DNA from: Candidatus Omnitrophota bacterium
GTDB taxonomy: Bacteria; Omnitrophota; Gorgyraeia; 2-01-FULL-45-10
Assembly: GCA_020057115.1 (NCBI GenBank)
Contig: JAGVGJ010000001.1
Coordinates: 12,164 to 76,163, forward strand
Direction: 5' to 3'
Length of the DNA stretch: 64,000 nucleotides
Below are positions 38,996 to 48,070 of this stretch, one piece after another. Numbering within the stretch: the first letter of the stretch is position 1; each line of letters starts with the position of its first letter. A program made the translations under genes and the position numbers. The notes under the pieces were generated by a model. That model was not told the DNA's origin. It searched no databases and saw only the letters and a program-made list of their open reading frames with translations.

Positions 38996-39358
38996 ATGAA
39001 ACTCAAAACGATCTTCACATTAATAGGAGTGATGGCTCTGACCATTACGATGGCCAGTCCTGCTTCCTTCTGCAACGGCGCGGGGGCGTCTAACAGCGCC
39101 AACTACGTGTCCGATCTGCAGAACAAGCAGGAGTCCGTCACTTCTATTAAAGAAGATACGGTAAATATACAGAAGGAGCTTTTAAGGAAGATCGATGAGA
39201 CAGGGGTGGTATGTTCCCCGGGAGGGCAGTTTTCCAAACTGGAAGTTTCCGGCAAGGAGCTTATCGAGCTTGTCCCGCCTAGCGCAAGGATATATCTGGA
39301 AGCTTGCAGGATGTCAGGCACTCTGACGCCGCAGGCGGACACCAAGAAAAAGAAGTAA
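38996..39358 (+). CDS. Hypothetical secreted protein (signal peptide), 120 aa
   Basis: N-terminal hydrophobic signal and a Lys-rich C-terminus. No recognisable domain. Confidence 0.4.
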   Translation: MKLKTIFTLIGVMALTITMASPASFCNGAGASNSANYVSDLQNKQESVTSIKEDTVNIQKELLRKIDETGVVCSPGGQFSKLEVSGKELIELVPPSARIYLEACRMSGTLTPQADTKKKK

Positions 39359-39365
39359 TCCCGCC

Positions 39366-39863
39366 CTATTTTTTCTTCAGCATCTTATTATTCTCTGATA
39401 TCGCTTTTACTGCTATGAGGCTCAAGTTGTTTATATTGGCCTTGGTGAGCTCTATGACATTTATTGTGGCAGGGTCCTTCATCTCCGAGCGCGCTTCGTC
39501 GAGATAGATGGAATCTTTTTCGCAATATTTTTTGATGAACTGAAGCCAGCCGTTGAAGACATCCACCATATCTTTATTTATCCTGCCCTCGGACGATACG
39601 GCGATCTTGATCATCTTAAAATATGCCTCGATAGTGGTGAGGGCATAGGTGTTTATCTCGTAGACGCGCTCAAGCGTCCTCATCTCGTTGTTCTTCGTAT
39701 TCTTGATCATGTCAGGCATTTTGGCGCCGAGCTCTGCCATCGACGTGCGCAGGCCGTCAAGTTCTTTTATATGGTCCTGGCCAAAAGAGAGGGATGCTCC
39801 AAAGGTTATAAGGAGCAGGGATGAGATTATAAAAGTTTTTATAAATCTATCGATCGTATTCAC
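39366..39863 (-). CDS. Hypothetical secreted/periplasmic protein, 165 aa
   Basis: Signal-peptide-like N-terminus. No recognisable motif. Confidence 0.45.
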   Translation of the reverse strand: MNTIDRFIKTFIISSLLLITFGASLSFGQDHIKELDGLRTSMAELGAKMPDMIKNTKNNEMRTLERVYEINTYALTTIEAYFKMIKIAVSSEGRINKDMVDVFNGWLQFIKKYCEKDSIYLDEARSEMKDPATINVIELTKANINNLSLIAVKAISENNKMLKKK

Positions 39864-39927
39864 GATTTATAGTCCAAGTATAGCATAAGAACGCATTTTT
39901 TCAACATTAAGATTAAATATTAATAGA

Positions 39928-40398
39928 ATGCGCGCGCCCCGCAAGTTGAATATGTTAATATTATATGCTATACTTCATAATATAATTATGAGACAAAAAC
40001 TCGCTATTTTGCTTATATCGGTCGCATTATTTTCAAGCCTGAAATTCACAAAACAAGAGCTCTCCTTAAAACTCCCGCCACCCGGCGGAGATGAAATATC
40101 CAGCTACGAAAAACGCTTTTCCAGGCTTAAAGATATCATTCCTCCCGGAGCTGTTGCAGGTTATGTCGCGGATATGCCCAACAAGGATGTGGTATCAGAC
40201 GCCAGAGCGCTTGCGCGGTATTTTGTTGCGCAGTATGCTTTGGCGCCGGTTATTGTCGAAAATACCATAGACCGATCTATAGTTATCGGTGATTTTTACG
40301 GTGACCCGTCTGTTTTAAATAAAGACGCCATTTCTGAGCTTATGCCGCTAATGGACTTTGGAGACGGGGTCTTTCTCTTTGCTAGAAAGGAAAGATGA
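39928..40398 (+). CDS. Hypothetical exported/membrane-anchored protein, first gene of a 3-gene overlapping operon
   Basis: Hydrophobic N-terminal segment. Stop overlaps the next start (ATGA). Confidence 0.4.
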   Translation: MRAPRKLNMLILYAILHNIIMRQKLAILLISVALFSSLKFTKQELSLKLPPPGGDEISSYEKRFSRLKDIIPPGAVAGYVADMPNKDVVSDARALARYFVAQYALAPVIVENTIDRSIVIGDFYGDPSVLNKDAISELMPLMDFGDGVFLFARKER

Positions 40399-41792
40399 TA
40401 CTTCCTTTATTGAATTCGCTGCTTGACCCTATCATGGCAGGCCTTATTTTGGCGGCTCTTTTGTGGCCGAAACAGAAAGTCTCCGGTCCCGATTGTCTTA
40501 TAATAGCTTTTCTTGCAGCCGGATGCGGCTTAGGCATTATATCACTTATCTATTTTATCTGGCTTGCGGCCGCATGGCCCTTCAGCCTGTTCATATTATC
40601 GGAGATAGCTATCCTTGCGGCGCTCGGTTGGCTTATCTATCACGCCTATAAAAATAAAAAACTGCCGCAATACGTTGGTTTTGACACGGATATATTGCCG
40701 AAGACAAAGATAGATATGTTTGCCGCAGCAGCCCTTATTGTAATGATATGCGCATCAGTCGTATTCTATGTCCATTATTCGTTCAGGATGCCGCATGGCG
40801 AATGGGATGCCTGGGCCATATGGAACATGCGCGCCAGATTCCTGTTCAGGGAAGGATCGATATTTAAAAGCACTTTTTCGCCGGCTCTTTTTTGGTCGCA
40901 TCCGGACTATCCTCTTCTTCTGCCAGCTTCTATAGTTAGATTTTGGAATTACATAGGCAAGGAAACGCAGCTTGTCCCGGCCGTCATGAGCGCGGTATTC
41001 ACATTTTCAACCGCGGGACTAGTCTTCTCTTCGCTGTTCAAATTGCGCGGCATGCGCGAGGCGCTACTTGGAGCGATAGTCCTTTTAGGGACGCAGGTAT
41101 TCATGATGACAGGTGCTTCGCAATATGCCGATGTTCCGCTGTCATATTTCATCCTTGCGACATTGGTCCTATTCTGCCTTCACGACAGGTTGGAGATTCC
41201 GGCCCGCGGATTTTTAATCCTTTCCGGTGTAATGGCAGGCCTGGCGGGTTGGACAAAGAACGAAGGGTTATTATTCTTAATGCTTGTGGTTTTTGTCCGC
41301 TTCGTGACGGTCGCGATATTCAATGGCCGGAAAAAAGCCCTCGTTGAGCTTTTAATATTTTCTTCCGGCGCGCTGCCTGTTCTGGCTGTTATCATATATT
41401 TTAAGCTGCGTTTTGCGCCTCCCAATGATCTGTTTTCGCAGGGACCGGCCGCGATAATGGTGAAACTGACGGATCTATCGATCTATTATCCTATTCTTAA
41501 AGTAGTATGGGGTAGGCTTCTGGGGTTTGGGGCTCCTATTCTTGGGGTGATACCCCTCTTAGCGGCATACCTTTCTCTGGCGGGTGTTAGGGTCGAAAAG
41601 AAAGATCTTCCTATGGTAGCTGTCTGGCTTGGCGTATCAGGCATGATGTTGTTATTATATATCGGCGTGTATGCGATCAGTCCTTATAATGCAGCATGGT
41701 TAATAAGCACATCCATAGACCGCCTGATATCGCAACTCTGGCCGAGCACAGTATTCATGGTCTTTCTTATAATTCGGAATGACGCTTCATGA
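40395..41792 (+). CDS. Polytopic membrane protein, possible GT-C-fold glycosyltransferase
   Basis: 465 aa with about 11 predicted TM helices and periplasmic loops with aromatic-rich motifs. Translationally coupled to its neighbours. Confidence 0.5.
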   Translation: MILPLLNSLLDPIMAGLILAALLWPKQKVSGPDCLIIAFLAAGCGLGIISLIYFIWLAAAWPFSLFILSEIAILAALGWLIYHAYKNKKLPQYVGFDTDILPKTKIDMFAAAALIVMICASVVFYVHYSFRMPHGEWDAWAIWNMRARFLFREGSIFKSTFSPALFWSHPDYPLLLPASIVRFWNYIGKETQLVPAVMSAVFTFSTAGLVFSSLFKLRGMREALLGAIVLLGTQVFMMTGASQYADVPLSYFILATLVLFCLHDRLEIPARGFLILSGVMAGLAGWTKNEGLLFLMLVVFVRFVTVAIFNGRKKALVELLIFSSGALPVLAVIIYFKLRFAPPNDLFSQGPAAIMVKLTDLSIYYPILKVVWGRLLGFGAPILGVIPLLAAYLSLAGVRVEKKDLPMVAVWLGVSGMMLLLYIGVYAISPYNAAWLISTSIDRLISQLWPSTVFMVFLIIRNDAS

Positions 41793-43315
41793 CCGAATCT
41801 CACAAGATCCAGGTATCCATCTTTATAATTATCATAGCCCTGTCAGGTTTTGTCGTTTATCTAAATTCGCTTCCCGGTCCATTTCTGTGGGATGACATAA
41901 ATCTTATAAGCAATAATCCATATATAGGTAATCTGGCAAGCGCGCCCAAGATATTATTTGGCGATATCGGTTCCGGCTCCCGCCAGAATTACGGATTTTA
42001 CAGGCCGCTACAGATATTCAGCTATCTCGTAGACTATCATATCTGGGGCTCCGAGGTGATGGGATACCATTTAACGGGGGTCCTGTTGCATATACTGGTC
42101 GCGCTTTCGGTGTTCTGGCTGGCGCTCGTATTATTTAAGGACGAGATACTCTCTTTCTTCGCGGGTCTGTTATACGCGGTCCATCCCATACACACCGAGG
42201 CCGTGGCATATATATCCGGCAGGACTGATCCGCTCTCGGCGCTATTTTTGCTCGTTGCAGCTGTCTTTTATATAAGAGCCATAGAAACCCCCAGGATACT
42301 GTTTTATGCGCTGACATTGTTCAGCTTTTTTTTAGCGCTCCTTTCAAGAGAATACAGCCTGATATTTCCTGTTCTTATGCTCGTCTATCATTACGCTTTC
42401 AGGAAGAGGGTAGATGCCAAATTTTTTGTTTCTGTGATCATAGTGTCGTTGCTCTACCTGGTATTGAGAGGGTCTGTCATGACATTCGGCCTCTCGCAGT
42501 TGGCCAAGAACCCATCGCCGATAGAAAGGGTCCCGGGATTCTTTGCGGCGATCGCCGAGTATTGCAGGCTTATCGTGTTGCCGCTTGATATCCACATGGC
42601 ATATGGGCAGAAGACATTCTATTTTACCGATATTCAGGCGCTGATAGGCCTTGCGATATTTGCGGGGATGCTGGTATTTATGCTCAAGTCTAAAGATAAA
42701 CTTGTGAAATTTTCCATCGCGTGGTTTTTGGTGGCGCTTGTTCCAGTTTCGAACATACTGCCGCAGTTGAATGCGGTCATGGCCGCGCACTGGCTCTATC
42801 TCCCGTCGATAGGGATATTCATCCTTGCGGGGAAGGGTCTGTCCGTCTTATATAATAACTCCAATACAAAAAAAATCAGCTTGATGCTGTTGGCATTTCT
42901 CCTGATATTTTATTCCATCCTTACGATAGAACAGAACAACTATTGGAATGACCCGAAGGCTTTCTTCGAAAGGACGATTAAATACGCGCCGGAAAGTTAC
43001 AGCTGGAAGTTATATTATCATCTTGCCAATGAGCGCTTGAAAGTCGGAAAGACCAAAGAAGCGATAGCCTTATACAAGAAATCATTATCCCTGAACGGTC
43101 AGTTTGCCGATACCTATAACAAGCTGGGTGAGGCTTATGCCGAGACAGGGGACGTGGATAGGGCTATATTTGTCTATAAAAAAGCTTTATGGATCGATCC
43201 GTCATTCACAGCGGCATACAAAAATCTTGCTGTGATATATCGCAAGCTTGGGCGCGCCGACCTCGCCGTGAAATATGATGACCTTGCCGGAAACCTCACG
43301 CAATACGCGGAATAA
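41789..43315 (+). CDS. TMTC/PMT-like membrane protein with C-terminal TPR repeats (GT-C-type, DUF1736-like)
   Basis: WDD motif in the first loop (PFLWDDINLI), multiple TM helices, and C-terminal TPR units (AIALYKKSLSLNGQFADTYNKLGEAYAETGD...). Confidence 0.6.
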   Translation: MTESHKIQVSIFIIIIALSGFVVYLNSLPGPFLWDDINLISNNPYIGNLASAPKILFGDIGSGSRQNYGFYRPLQIFSYLVDYHIWGSEVMGYHLTGVLLHILVALSVFWLALVLFKDEILSFFAGLLYAVHPIHTEAVAYISGRTDPLSALFLLVAAVFYIRAIETPRILFYALTLFSFFLALLSREYSLIFPVLMLVYHYAFRKRVDAKFFVSVIIVSLLYLVLRGSVMTFGLSQLAKNPSPIERVPGFFAAIAEYCRLIVLPLDIHMAYGQKTFYFTDIQALIGLAIFAGMLVFMLKSKDKLVKFSIAWFLVALVPVSNILPQLNAVMAAHWLYLPSIGIFILAGKGLSVLYNNSNTKKISLMLLAFLLIFYSILTIEQNNYWNDPKAFFERTIKYAPESYSWKLYYHLANERLKVGKTKEAIALYKKSLSLNGQFADTYNKLGEAYAETGDVDRAIFVYKKALWIDPSFTAAYKNLAVIYRKLGRADLAVKYDDLAGNLTQYAE

Positions 43316-43332
43316 AGTAGCCTATGGTATTA

Positions 43333-44865
43333 TCACCCCCATAGATTCCTGTCCAGGCTCCTGTACGAAATCGCCTCCGAGACATGGTGTGCTTCGATGA
43401 TGTCTTTACCGTCAAGGTCTGCGATCGTGCGGGAGACTTTAAGTATCTTGTCATAGGCCCTTGCGGATATACCAAGCTCCAGTATCGCAAGTTTTAAGAG
43501 CTCTTCACCTTCCTTGTCCATTATGCAATACTTTTCAAGCTCTTTAGACTCAAGCCTTGAATTAAAATGCGCGGCGGCATCTTTATAACGATCTCTCTGG
43601 AGCTCGCGCGCCTTGTCGACGCGCTTTCTTATCTCGGAGGACGGCTCGCCGCACCTCTTTGAGGTCAGATGGTCCAAGTTTAGCCGCGGCACCTCGAGAT
43701 GTATGTCTATCCGGTCTAGTAGCGGCCCGGATATCTTCGATAGGTATCTCTGTATCTGCACAGGCGTGCAGTGGCATTCGCGTTTTGGGTCGGTAAAATA
43801 TCCGCAAGGACAGGGGTTCATGGCAGAAACGAGCATGAACTTGGAAGGGTATGTCTCGCTGCCTGATACCCGCGTCACCGTCATCGCGCCTTCCTCAAGA
43901 GGCTGCCTTAATACTTCAAGGACATTTCTTTTAAATTCCGGAAGCTCGTCGAGAAAAAGGACGCCGTTATGGGCAAGAGATATCTCACCCGGCGTAGGGT
44001 AAGTGCCGCCGCCCACAAGGGCCGCGTCGGAGATCGTGTGGTGCGGAGAGCGGAAGGGCCTAGTCCCTATAAGCCCTTTACCCTGGATGAGGTTCCCGGC
44101 AATAGAATGTATCTTGGATGTTTCCAGGGCCTCTTCAAATGTCATCTCCGATAATATGGTAGGAAGCCTCTTTGCCATCATGCTTTTACCGGAACCCGGA
44201 GGGCCTATCAACAGGACGTTGTGGCCTCCGGCGGCTGCGACCTCAAGGCCGCGCTTCACATGCTCCTGGCCCTTGACATCATTAAAATCGATCTTATGTT
44301 TGGAATTTCGCTTAAAGACCTGCTCGGCGCTTGATTCGACAGGCTTGATATCCGTTACCTTATTAAGGAAGTCCACGACCTCTTTTAATGTGGCTGCAGG
44401 ATATGCCTCTACATCCTTTACCAAGGCGGCTTCTTTCGAATTATCTTTGGGGATCACGAACTTTGTCTTGTTCAGTTTCTTCAGGCCTATAGCCATGGGG
44501 AGGACGCCCCTTACGGGTTTTAACCGTCCGTCGAGCGATAGTTCGCCCACAAAAACGAAATCCTGGAGGTCCGTACGGTCAAGGAGCCCTTCCTGGGAAA
44601 GGACCGATAATGCAATGGGGAGGTCAAATGAAGCGCCTTCCTTCTTTATGCTCGCAGGCGCGAGGTTGATGGTCAGTTTCTTGGCGGGGAATGACAGGCC
44701 GGAATTCTTCATGGCGGCTTTTATCCTTTCGCGGGATTCTTTTATAGCTGTGTCAGGGAGCCCCACTATATTAAATGCAGGTAGTCCCGCTCCAATGTCA
44801 GCCTCGACCATGACTTCGTGGGTATCAAGGCCTATTACGCAACATGAATAGATGCAAGAGATCAT
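43333..44865 (-). CDS. comM: Mg-chelatase-like AAA+ ATPase YifB/ComM
   Basis: 510 aa with Walker A GPPGSGKS and a ChlI-type C-terminal region. Confidence 0.9.
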   Translation of the reverse strand: MISCIYSCCVIGLDTHEVMVEADIGAGLPAFNIVGLPDTAIKESRERIKAAMKNSGLSFPAKKLTINLAPASIKKEGASFDLPIALSVLSQEGLLDRTDLQDFVFVGELSLDGRLKPVRGVLPMAIGLKKLNKTKFVIPKDNSKEAALVKDVEAYPAATLKEVVDFLNKVTDIKPVESSAEQVFKRNSKHKIDFNDVKGQEHVKRGLEVAAAGGHNVLLIGPPGSGKSMMAKRLPTILSEMTFEEALETSKIHSIAGNLIQGKGLIGTRPFRSPHHTISDAALVGGGTYPTPGEISLAHNGVLFLDELPEFKRNVLEVLRQPLEEGAMTVTRVSGSETYPSKFMLVSAMNPCPCGYFTDPKRECHCTPVQIQRYLSKISGPLLDRIDIHLEVPRLNLDHLTSKRCGEPSSEIRKRVDKARELQRDRYKDAAAHFNSRLESKELEKYCIMDKEGEELLKLAILELGISARAYDKILKVSRTIADLDGKDIIEAHHVSEAISYRSLDRNLWG

Positions 44866-44880
44866 CTTTTTGTTCCTTTC

Positions 44881-45261
44881 TTATCTGTAATCATCTTCTG
44901 TAACTGCGTTCTCGAAAAGCTCTATATTTTCAGGTGCATAGTTCTCGCCCAGCTTTACTGACACCACATCAATGCGCCAAAACGAGTCTACGCGGCCGCG
45001 CCTTTTTAGATAACAGAGGGCATTCTTGATGATATGGCGCTTCTTCTTCCATGTCATGTTAAGGTAGGGAGGGCCGAGAGAAGAAGTGGCTCTGGTCTTT
45101 ACTTCGACGAATACGGTGTAAGGACCCTTTCTGGCGATGATGTCCAGCTCGCCAAAATAGGTCCTGTAATTCGTTTCAAGTATCCTGTAGCCCTTGGACT
45201 TTAGGAAGCCGCAAGCGATCTTCTCACCCGAGGCGCCAAGCAACTTGTTCTCCCGGCCCAT
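44881..45261 (-). CDS. yraN: YraN-family (UPF0102) endonuclease-like protein
   Basis: GELDIIA...FVEVKTR motif. Confidence 0.8.
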   Translation of the reverse strand: MGRENKLLGASGEKIACGFLKSKGYRILETNYRTYFGELDIIARKGPYTVFVEVKTRATSSLGPPYLNMTWKKKRHIIKNALCYLKRRGRVDSFWRIDVVSVKLGENYAPENIELFENAVTEDDYR

Positions 45262-45266
45262 GCTAA

Positions 45267-45530
45267 CTACCCTCCATACGCCTCTAAAACGAGCTTCGCT
45301 ATCTCATCCTTTATCTCCCGTTTCAGAGGGTTGACCGTGTTATACCACTTACCATCCTTGCTGCTCTCGCTAGGCATGCTGACGAAGAGCCCGTCCTTGC
45401 CTTCGACCACTCGGAAGCCTTTTATCTCAAGGCTATCGAGTATGGTCACGTCGCAGAAGGCCTTGGTCGCGCCCGAGCCGTCCAGCTTGTGCATCCTTGA
45501 TACAGCCAATCCTAGTTCATTCTCTGCCAT
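45267..45530 (-). CDS. spoVG: SpoVG-family regulator
   Basis: DGLFVSMPS...PLKREIKDEIAKLVLEAY aligns to the SpoVG family. Start set at ATG 45530 with SD AGGAGG upstream. Confidence 0.75.
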   Translation of the reverse strand: MAENELGLAVSRMHKLDGSGATKAFCDVTILDSLEIKGFRVVEGKDGLFVSMPSESSKDGKWYNTVNPLKREIKDEIAKLVLEAYGG

Positions 45531-45586
45531 TTTTATGTCACCTCCTTTCAAATCCTTTAATTTGGGGATTTTGCACCCCTACTATA

Positions 45587-45616
45587 TAAGACGCTCAAAA
45601 TGCCCAAATTGTTGCA
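45587..45616 (-). promoter_or_regulatory. ECF-sigma-type promoter (TGCAAC-N17-CGTCTTA), copy 1, upstream of spoVG-yraN-comM
   Basis: Minus-strand -35 TGCAAC (plus 45611-45616) and -10 CGTCTTA (plus 45587-45593). Part of a 43-bp repeat also found at 47193-47240. Confidence 0.5.
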
Positions 45617-45654
45617 AATTATTTTAAAATATTTTTCGGATGTGCGCTTCTTCC

Positions 45655-45794
45655 CCCTCTCGGGATGGGTAAGGTGTCTTTCCGCGAACGCTCCATTCTC
45701 GGAGGGAATGTCGCTCGGAAGGCCGCAATTTTCGGTGAAAAATCGCGGCCTTCGACGTCGCTCCAAGACACCTTACCCATCCCTCGGGGGCCCC
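45655..45794. repeat. Palindromic repeat element, copy C (same orientation as A)
   Basis: cgggatgggtaaggtgtc...cttcgacgtcgctccaagacaccttacccatccctcg, about 90% identical to copy A. Confidence 0.8.
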
Positions 45795-45871
45795 GCATCG
45801 AGGACCGAAAAAGTAGGAGGGTGGAACTGGAGGGGGAGATTTACTTCTTGAATTATTTCACGGACCGTACT

Positions 45872-46711
45872 ATGATATTTCGTGATATGGGGATATTTGA
45901 GAAAGCGCAGATAGATTTTCTCACCGGGTTCTTCTTAAGGGAATCCTTCGGCCAGTTCCTCGAAAAGGCTATGCGCGAGGCCACGGCCACAAGCGGCGTA
46001 GTTACGCTTGCGCTAGTTGACCTTGACCACTTCAAAAATTTCAACGATAAATTCGGCCATGACTTCGGCGACGAGATCCTGAAGTATTCCGCCAGCACCA
46101 TCAGGCTCACTATGGACGAGAACCAGACCTATTTCTTCCGTTACGGAGGCGATGAATTTATCGTGGTCTTTGCAGGCAAGACGCAGAAAGAGGCCCTCCA
46201 GCTGTTAAAATACTGCAGGCATAACCTCCTCCACAGGCCTTTCCTCTTAAAGAATAAATTCCAGAAGATCACCATGAGTATCGGCGTCGCAAGCTTCCCG
46301 CATGACGCCCAGACCGTGGAGGACCTGATCGCGAAGGCTGATAATGCCATGTACTATTCCAAACGCCACGGACGCAACCGCATAACAATGTGGAGCTCTA
46401 TAAGCCATCTCAAGGCGCGAAATTATTTTATCCTGTTCGGCACCCTGGCCATCATGGTGCTTTCCACTTTCGTAGCGGCATATGTGCCGCCGATCAAAGA
46501 AAGCATAATGGCCTTTATCGGTAACATCAAAGAGCTCCGAAAGGTCTCTTTTGACAAGATCGTGCTTAAGAGCGGCGCTGTGTTTGAAGGCAGGATAGTG
46601 AACGAGGATGCCACTACTATATTTTTGCAATTGAACCTAAAAGAGGGGGAAGGGTCGCTCAAGCTTGACAAGTCTAAGGTGTCAAAGATAATACGCGCCA
46701 AATCTCGTTAG
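45872..46711 (+). CDS. GGDEF-domain diguanylate cyclase with a C-terminal TM helix and ~90-aa tail
   Basis: RYGGDEF motif. Start set at ATG 45872 because the track ORF extends upstream into the palindromic repeat. Promoter TTGAAT-17-TATGAT immediately upstream, so possibly leaderless. Confidence 0.7.
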   Translation: MIFRDMGIFEKAQIDFLTGFFLRESFGQFLEKAMREATATSGVVTLALVDLDHFKNFNDKFGHDFGDEILKYSASTIRLTMDENQTYFFRYGGDEFIVVFAGKTQKEALQLLKYCRHNLLHRPFLLKNKFQKITMSIGVASFPHDAQTVEDLIAKADNAMYYSKRHGRNRITMWSSISHLKARNYFILFGTLAIMVLSTFVAAYVPPIKESIMAFIGNIKELRKVSFDKIVLKSGAVFEGRIVNEDATTIFLQLNLKEGEGSLKLDKSKVSKIIRAKSR

Positions 46712-46739
46712 GGTCAAGGGGCCAGGGTCCGGGGTCCAG
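46711..46739. repeat. GC-rich oligo-repeat immediately after the GGDEF gene stop
   Basis: gggtcaaggggccagggtccggggtccag. Confidence 0.8.
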
Positions 46740-46746
46740 TCGGATA

Positions 46747-47187
46747 TTAAAATCCTATCTTATTACGGCTATTAAATCTCTCAAGCACTTTCGATGCTTC
46801 TTTTTCGCCGCCTTGCTTCCACGCCTCGTTTATCATCACTAGCATCTTGGTCGTTTTTGAATCTACCACCCACTTTGCCCCCAAAATAAGAGTAGCAACG
46901 AGCAGCTGCAGGAAGTATCTCGGGGTAAGGAATGAGAGCGTGAATGATATAATAGCCAGCACCAGATATATGTTTATGCGTTTCATGAAATTACCCTTTC
47001 TGTTTTTAAGTTTCGTATCTTTTAGGAATTCTTCTACGGAATCGAATGCGCACACGGCTTTCTCCAGGCAGCTAGGACAGCTTGCCAGGTGCCCGGCCAG
47101 CTCTTCTCTTTTTTTGCCGCGCAAGGCTCCGCTAAGATAATCCGCCACCTCTATGTCGCTCGGGTGCTTTATTCCGGTATAGGTCAT
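46747..47187 (-). CDS. Zinc-finger (ZAS-like) single-TM anti-sigma factor
   Basis: HxxxCxxC motif (HLASCPSCLEKAVCAF) and a central TM helix. Strong SD AGGGGGA. ATG overlaps the sigma gene stop (ATGA). Confidence 0.6.
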   Translation of the reverse strand: MTYTGIKHPSDIEVADYLSGALRGKKREELAGHLASCPSCLEKAVCAFDSVEEFLKDTKLKNRKGNFMKRINIYLVLAIISFTLSFLTPRYFLQLLVATLILGAKWVVDSKTTKMLVMINEAWKQGGEKEASKVLERFNSRNKIGF

Positions 47188-47849
47188 TTTTGTCCCCCTA
47201 CTATATAAGACGCTAAAAACGGGCAAATTGTTGCAAAAAAAGTTAAAAAACATTTTAAAGCGGCGCGCAGCCTCTCTTTTCCCCGTCGGACGTGGCTTGA
47301 AACAGTGTTCTTAGGCATGCGGGTCATCTTCGCTATCTCGTGGTATTTCTTGCCGTGCAGCAGGTGCAGTTTGATCACCAATTTTTCCACGCTTGGCAAG
47401 TCCTCTATGGACTGGTCTATCTTTTTTGACAGCTCCTGCCTGGAGAGTTCGTCTGCGGGCACAGAGCCGCCGGCAAAAAGGCTAGAGATCAAGTCGACCT
47501 CATCCCCCGTATCCGTATGCGGCAGTATCTCATATCGAACCCCGCGCCTGGCCTTCCTCAAATGCGACACAGCCGCATTCTGCGCGAGCATCGAGATCCA
47601 GCAGGGGAGGCTTGAGATATTGTCGAGAGAAGCCATCTTATCGCTGCGCCACATCGAAGAGAGCGCATCCTGCAGGATATCATCGACGTCATGCGATGTG
47701 GTCTCAAAGCCGCACCGCCTCAGGCGTTTTTCGATCGATATCCGCATGAGGCGGGAATACTTTTTCGTGAAGGCTTCCCAAGCCGCGATATCCCGCGCGG
47801 CACAGCCTTCGATAATGGCCTTATCGTCTTCAAAACGTTCGGTAGGCAT
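47184..47849 (-). CDS. ECF-type RNA polymerase sigma-70 factor
   Basis: Region 2 and region 4 signatures (...LQDALSSMW..., ...LHGKKYHEIAKMTRMPKNTVSSHVRRGKERL). Start taken at the internal ATG (MPTERFED). Confidence 0.8.
   Translation of the reverse strand: MPTERFEDDKAIIEGCAARDIAAWEAFTKKYSRLMRISIEKRLRRCGFETTSHDVDDILQDALSSMWRSDKMASLDNISSLPCWISMLAQNAAVSHLRKARRGVRYEILPHTDTGDEVDLISSLFAGGSVPADELSRQELSKKIDQSIEDLPSVEKLVIKLHLLHGKKYHEIAKMTRMPKNTVSSHVRRGKERLRAALKCFLTFFATICPFLASYIVGGQK
47206..47235 (-). promoter_or_regulatory. ECF-sigma-type promoter (TGCAAC-N17-CGTCTTA), copy 2, inside the 3' end of the sigma gene just upstream of the anti-sigma gene
   Basis: Minus-strand -35 from plus 47230-47235 and -10 from plus 47206-47212. 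39/43 identical to copy 1. Confidence 0.45.
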
Positions 47850-48021
47850 TCCATAGAAGATATCATCTATATGTAAAAATGTCAATTATATTTTATTTTT
47901 AATCAAACAATGGAACCGGCTATTTTTATCCGGGATGTTGCCTATTTAGATTATTATGATATAATTATAACGCTAATCATAAGGACAGTCCATGAACCTT
48001 TTCCACAGATAAAATTTTTGT

Positions 48022-48057
48022 AACAACTCTTCCGGGAACGAAGAGTTGTTTTTTTCC
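48022..48057 (+). terminator. 11-bp perfect hairpin plus T7 run in the leader of the large signalling gene (terminator/attenuator-like)
   Basis: aacaactcttc-cgggaac-gaagagttgtt followed by ttttttt, ending 14 nt before the 48071 start. Confidence 0.4.
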
Positions 48058-48070
48058 CCAAGAGGAGCCG

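Noticed and set aside
45665-45871. N-terminal extension of the GGDEF ORF starting inside palindromic repeat copy C
   Set aside because: Translation of the repeat element. Homology begins after the ATG at 45872, which has its own promoter.
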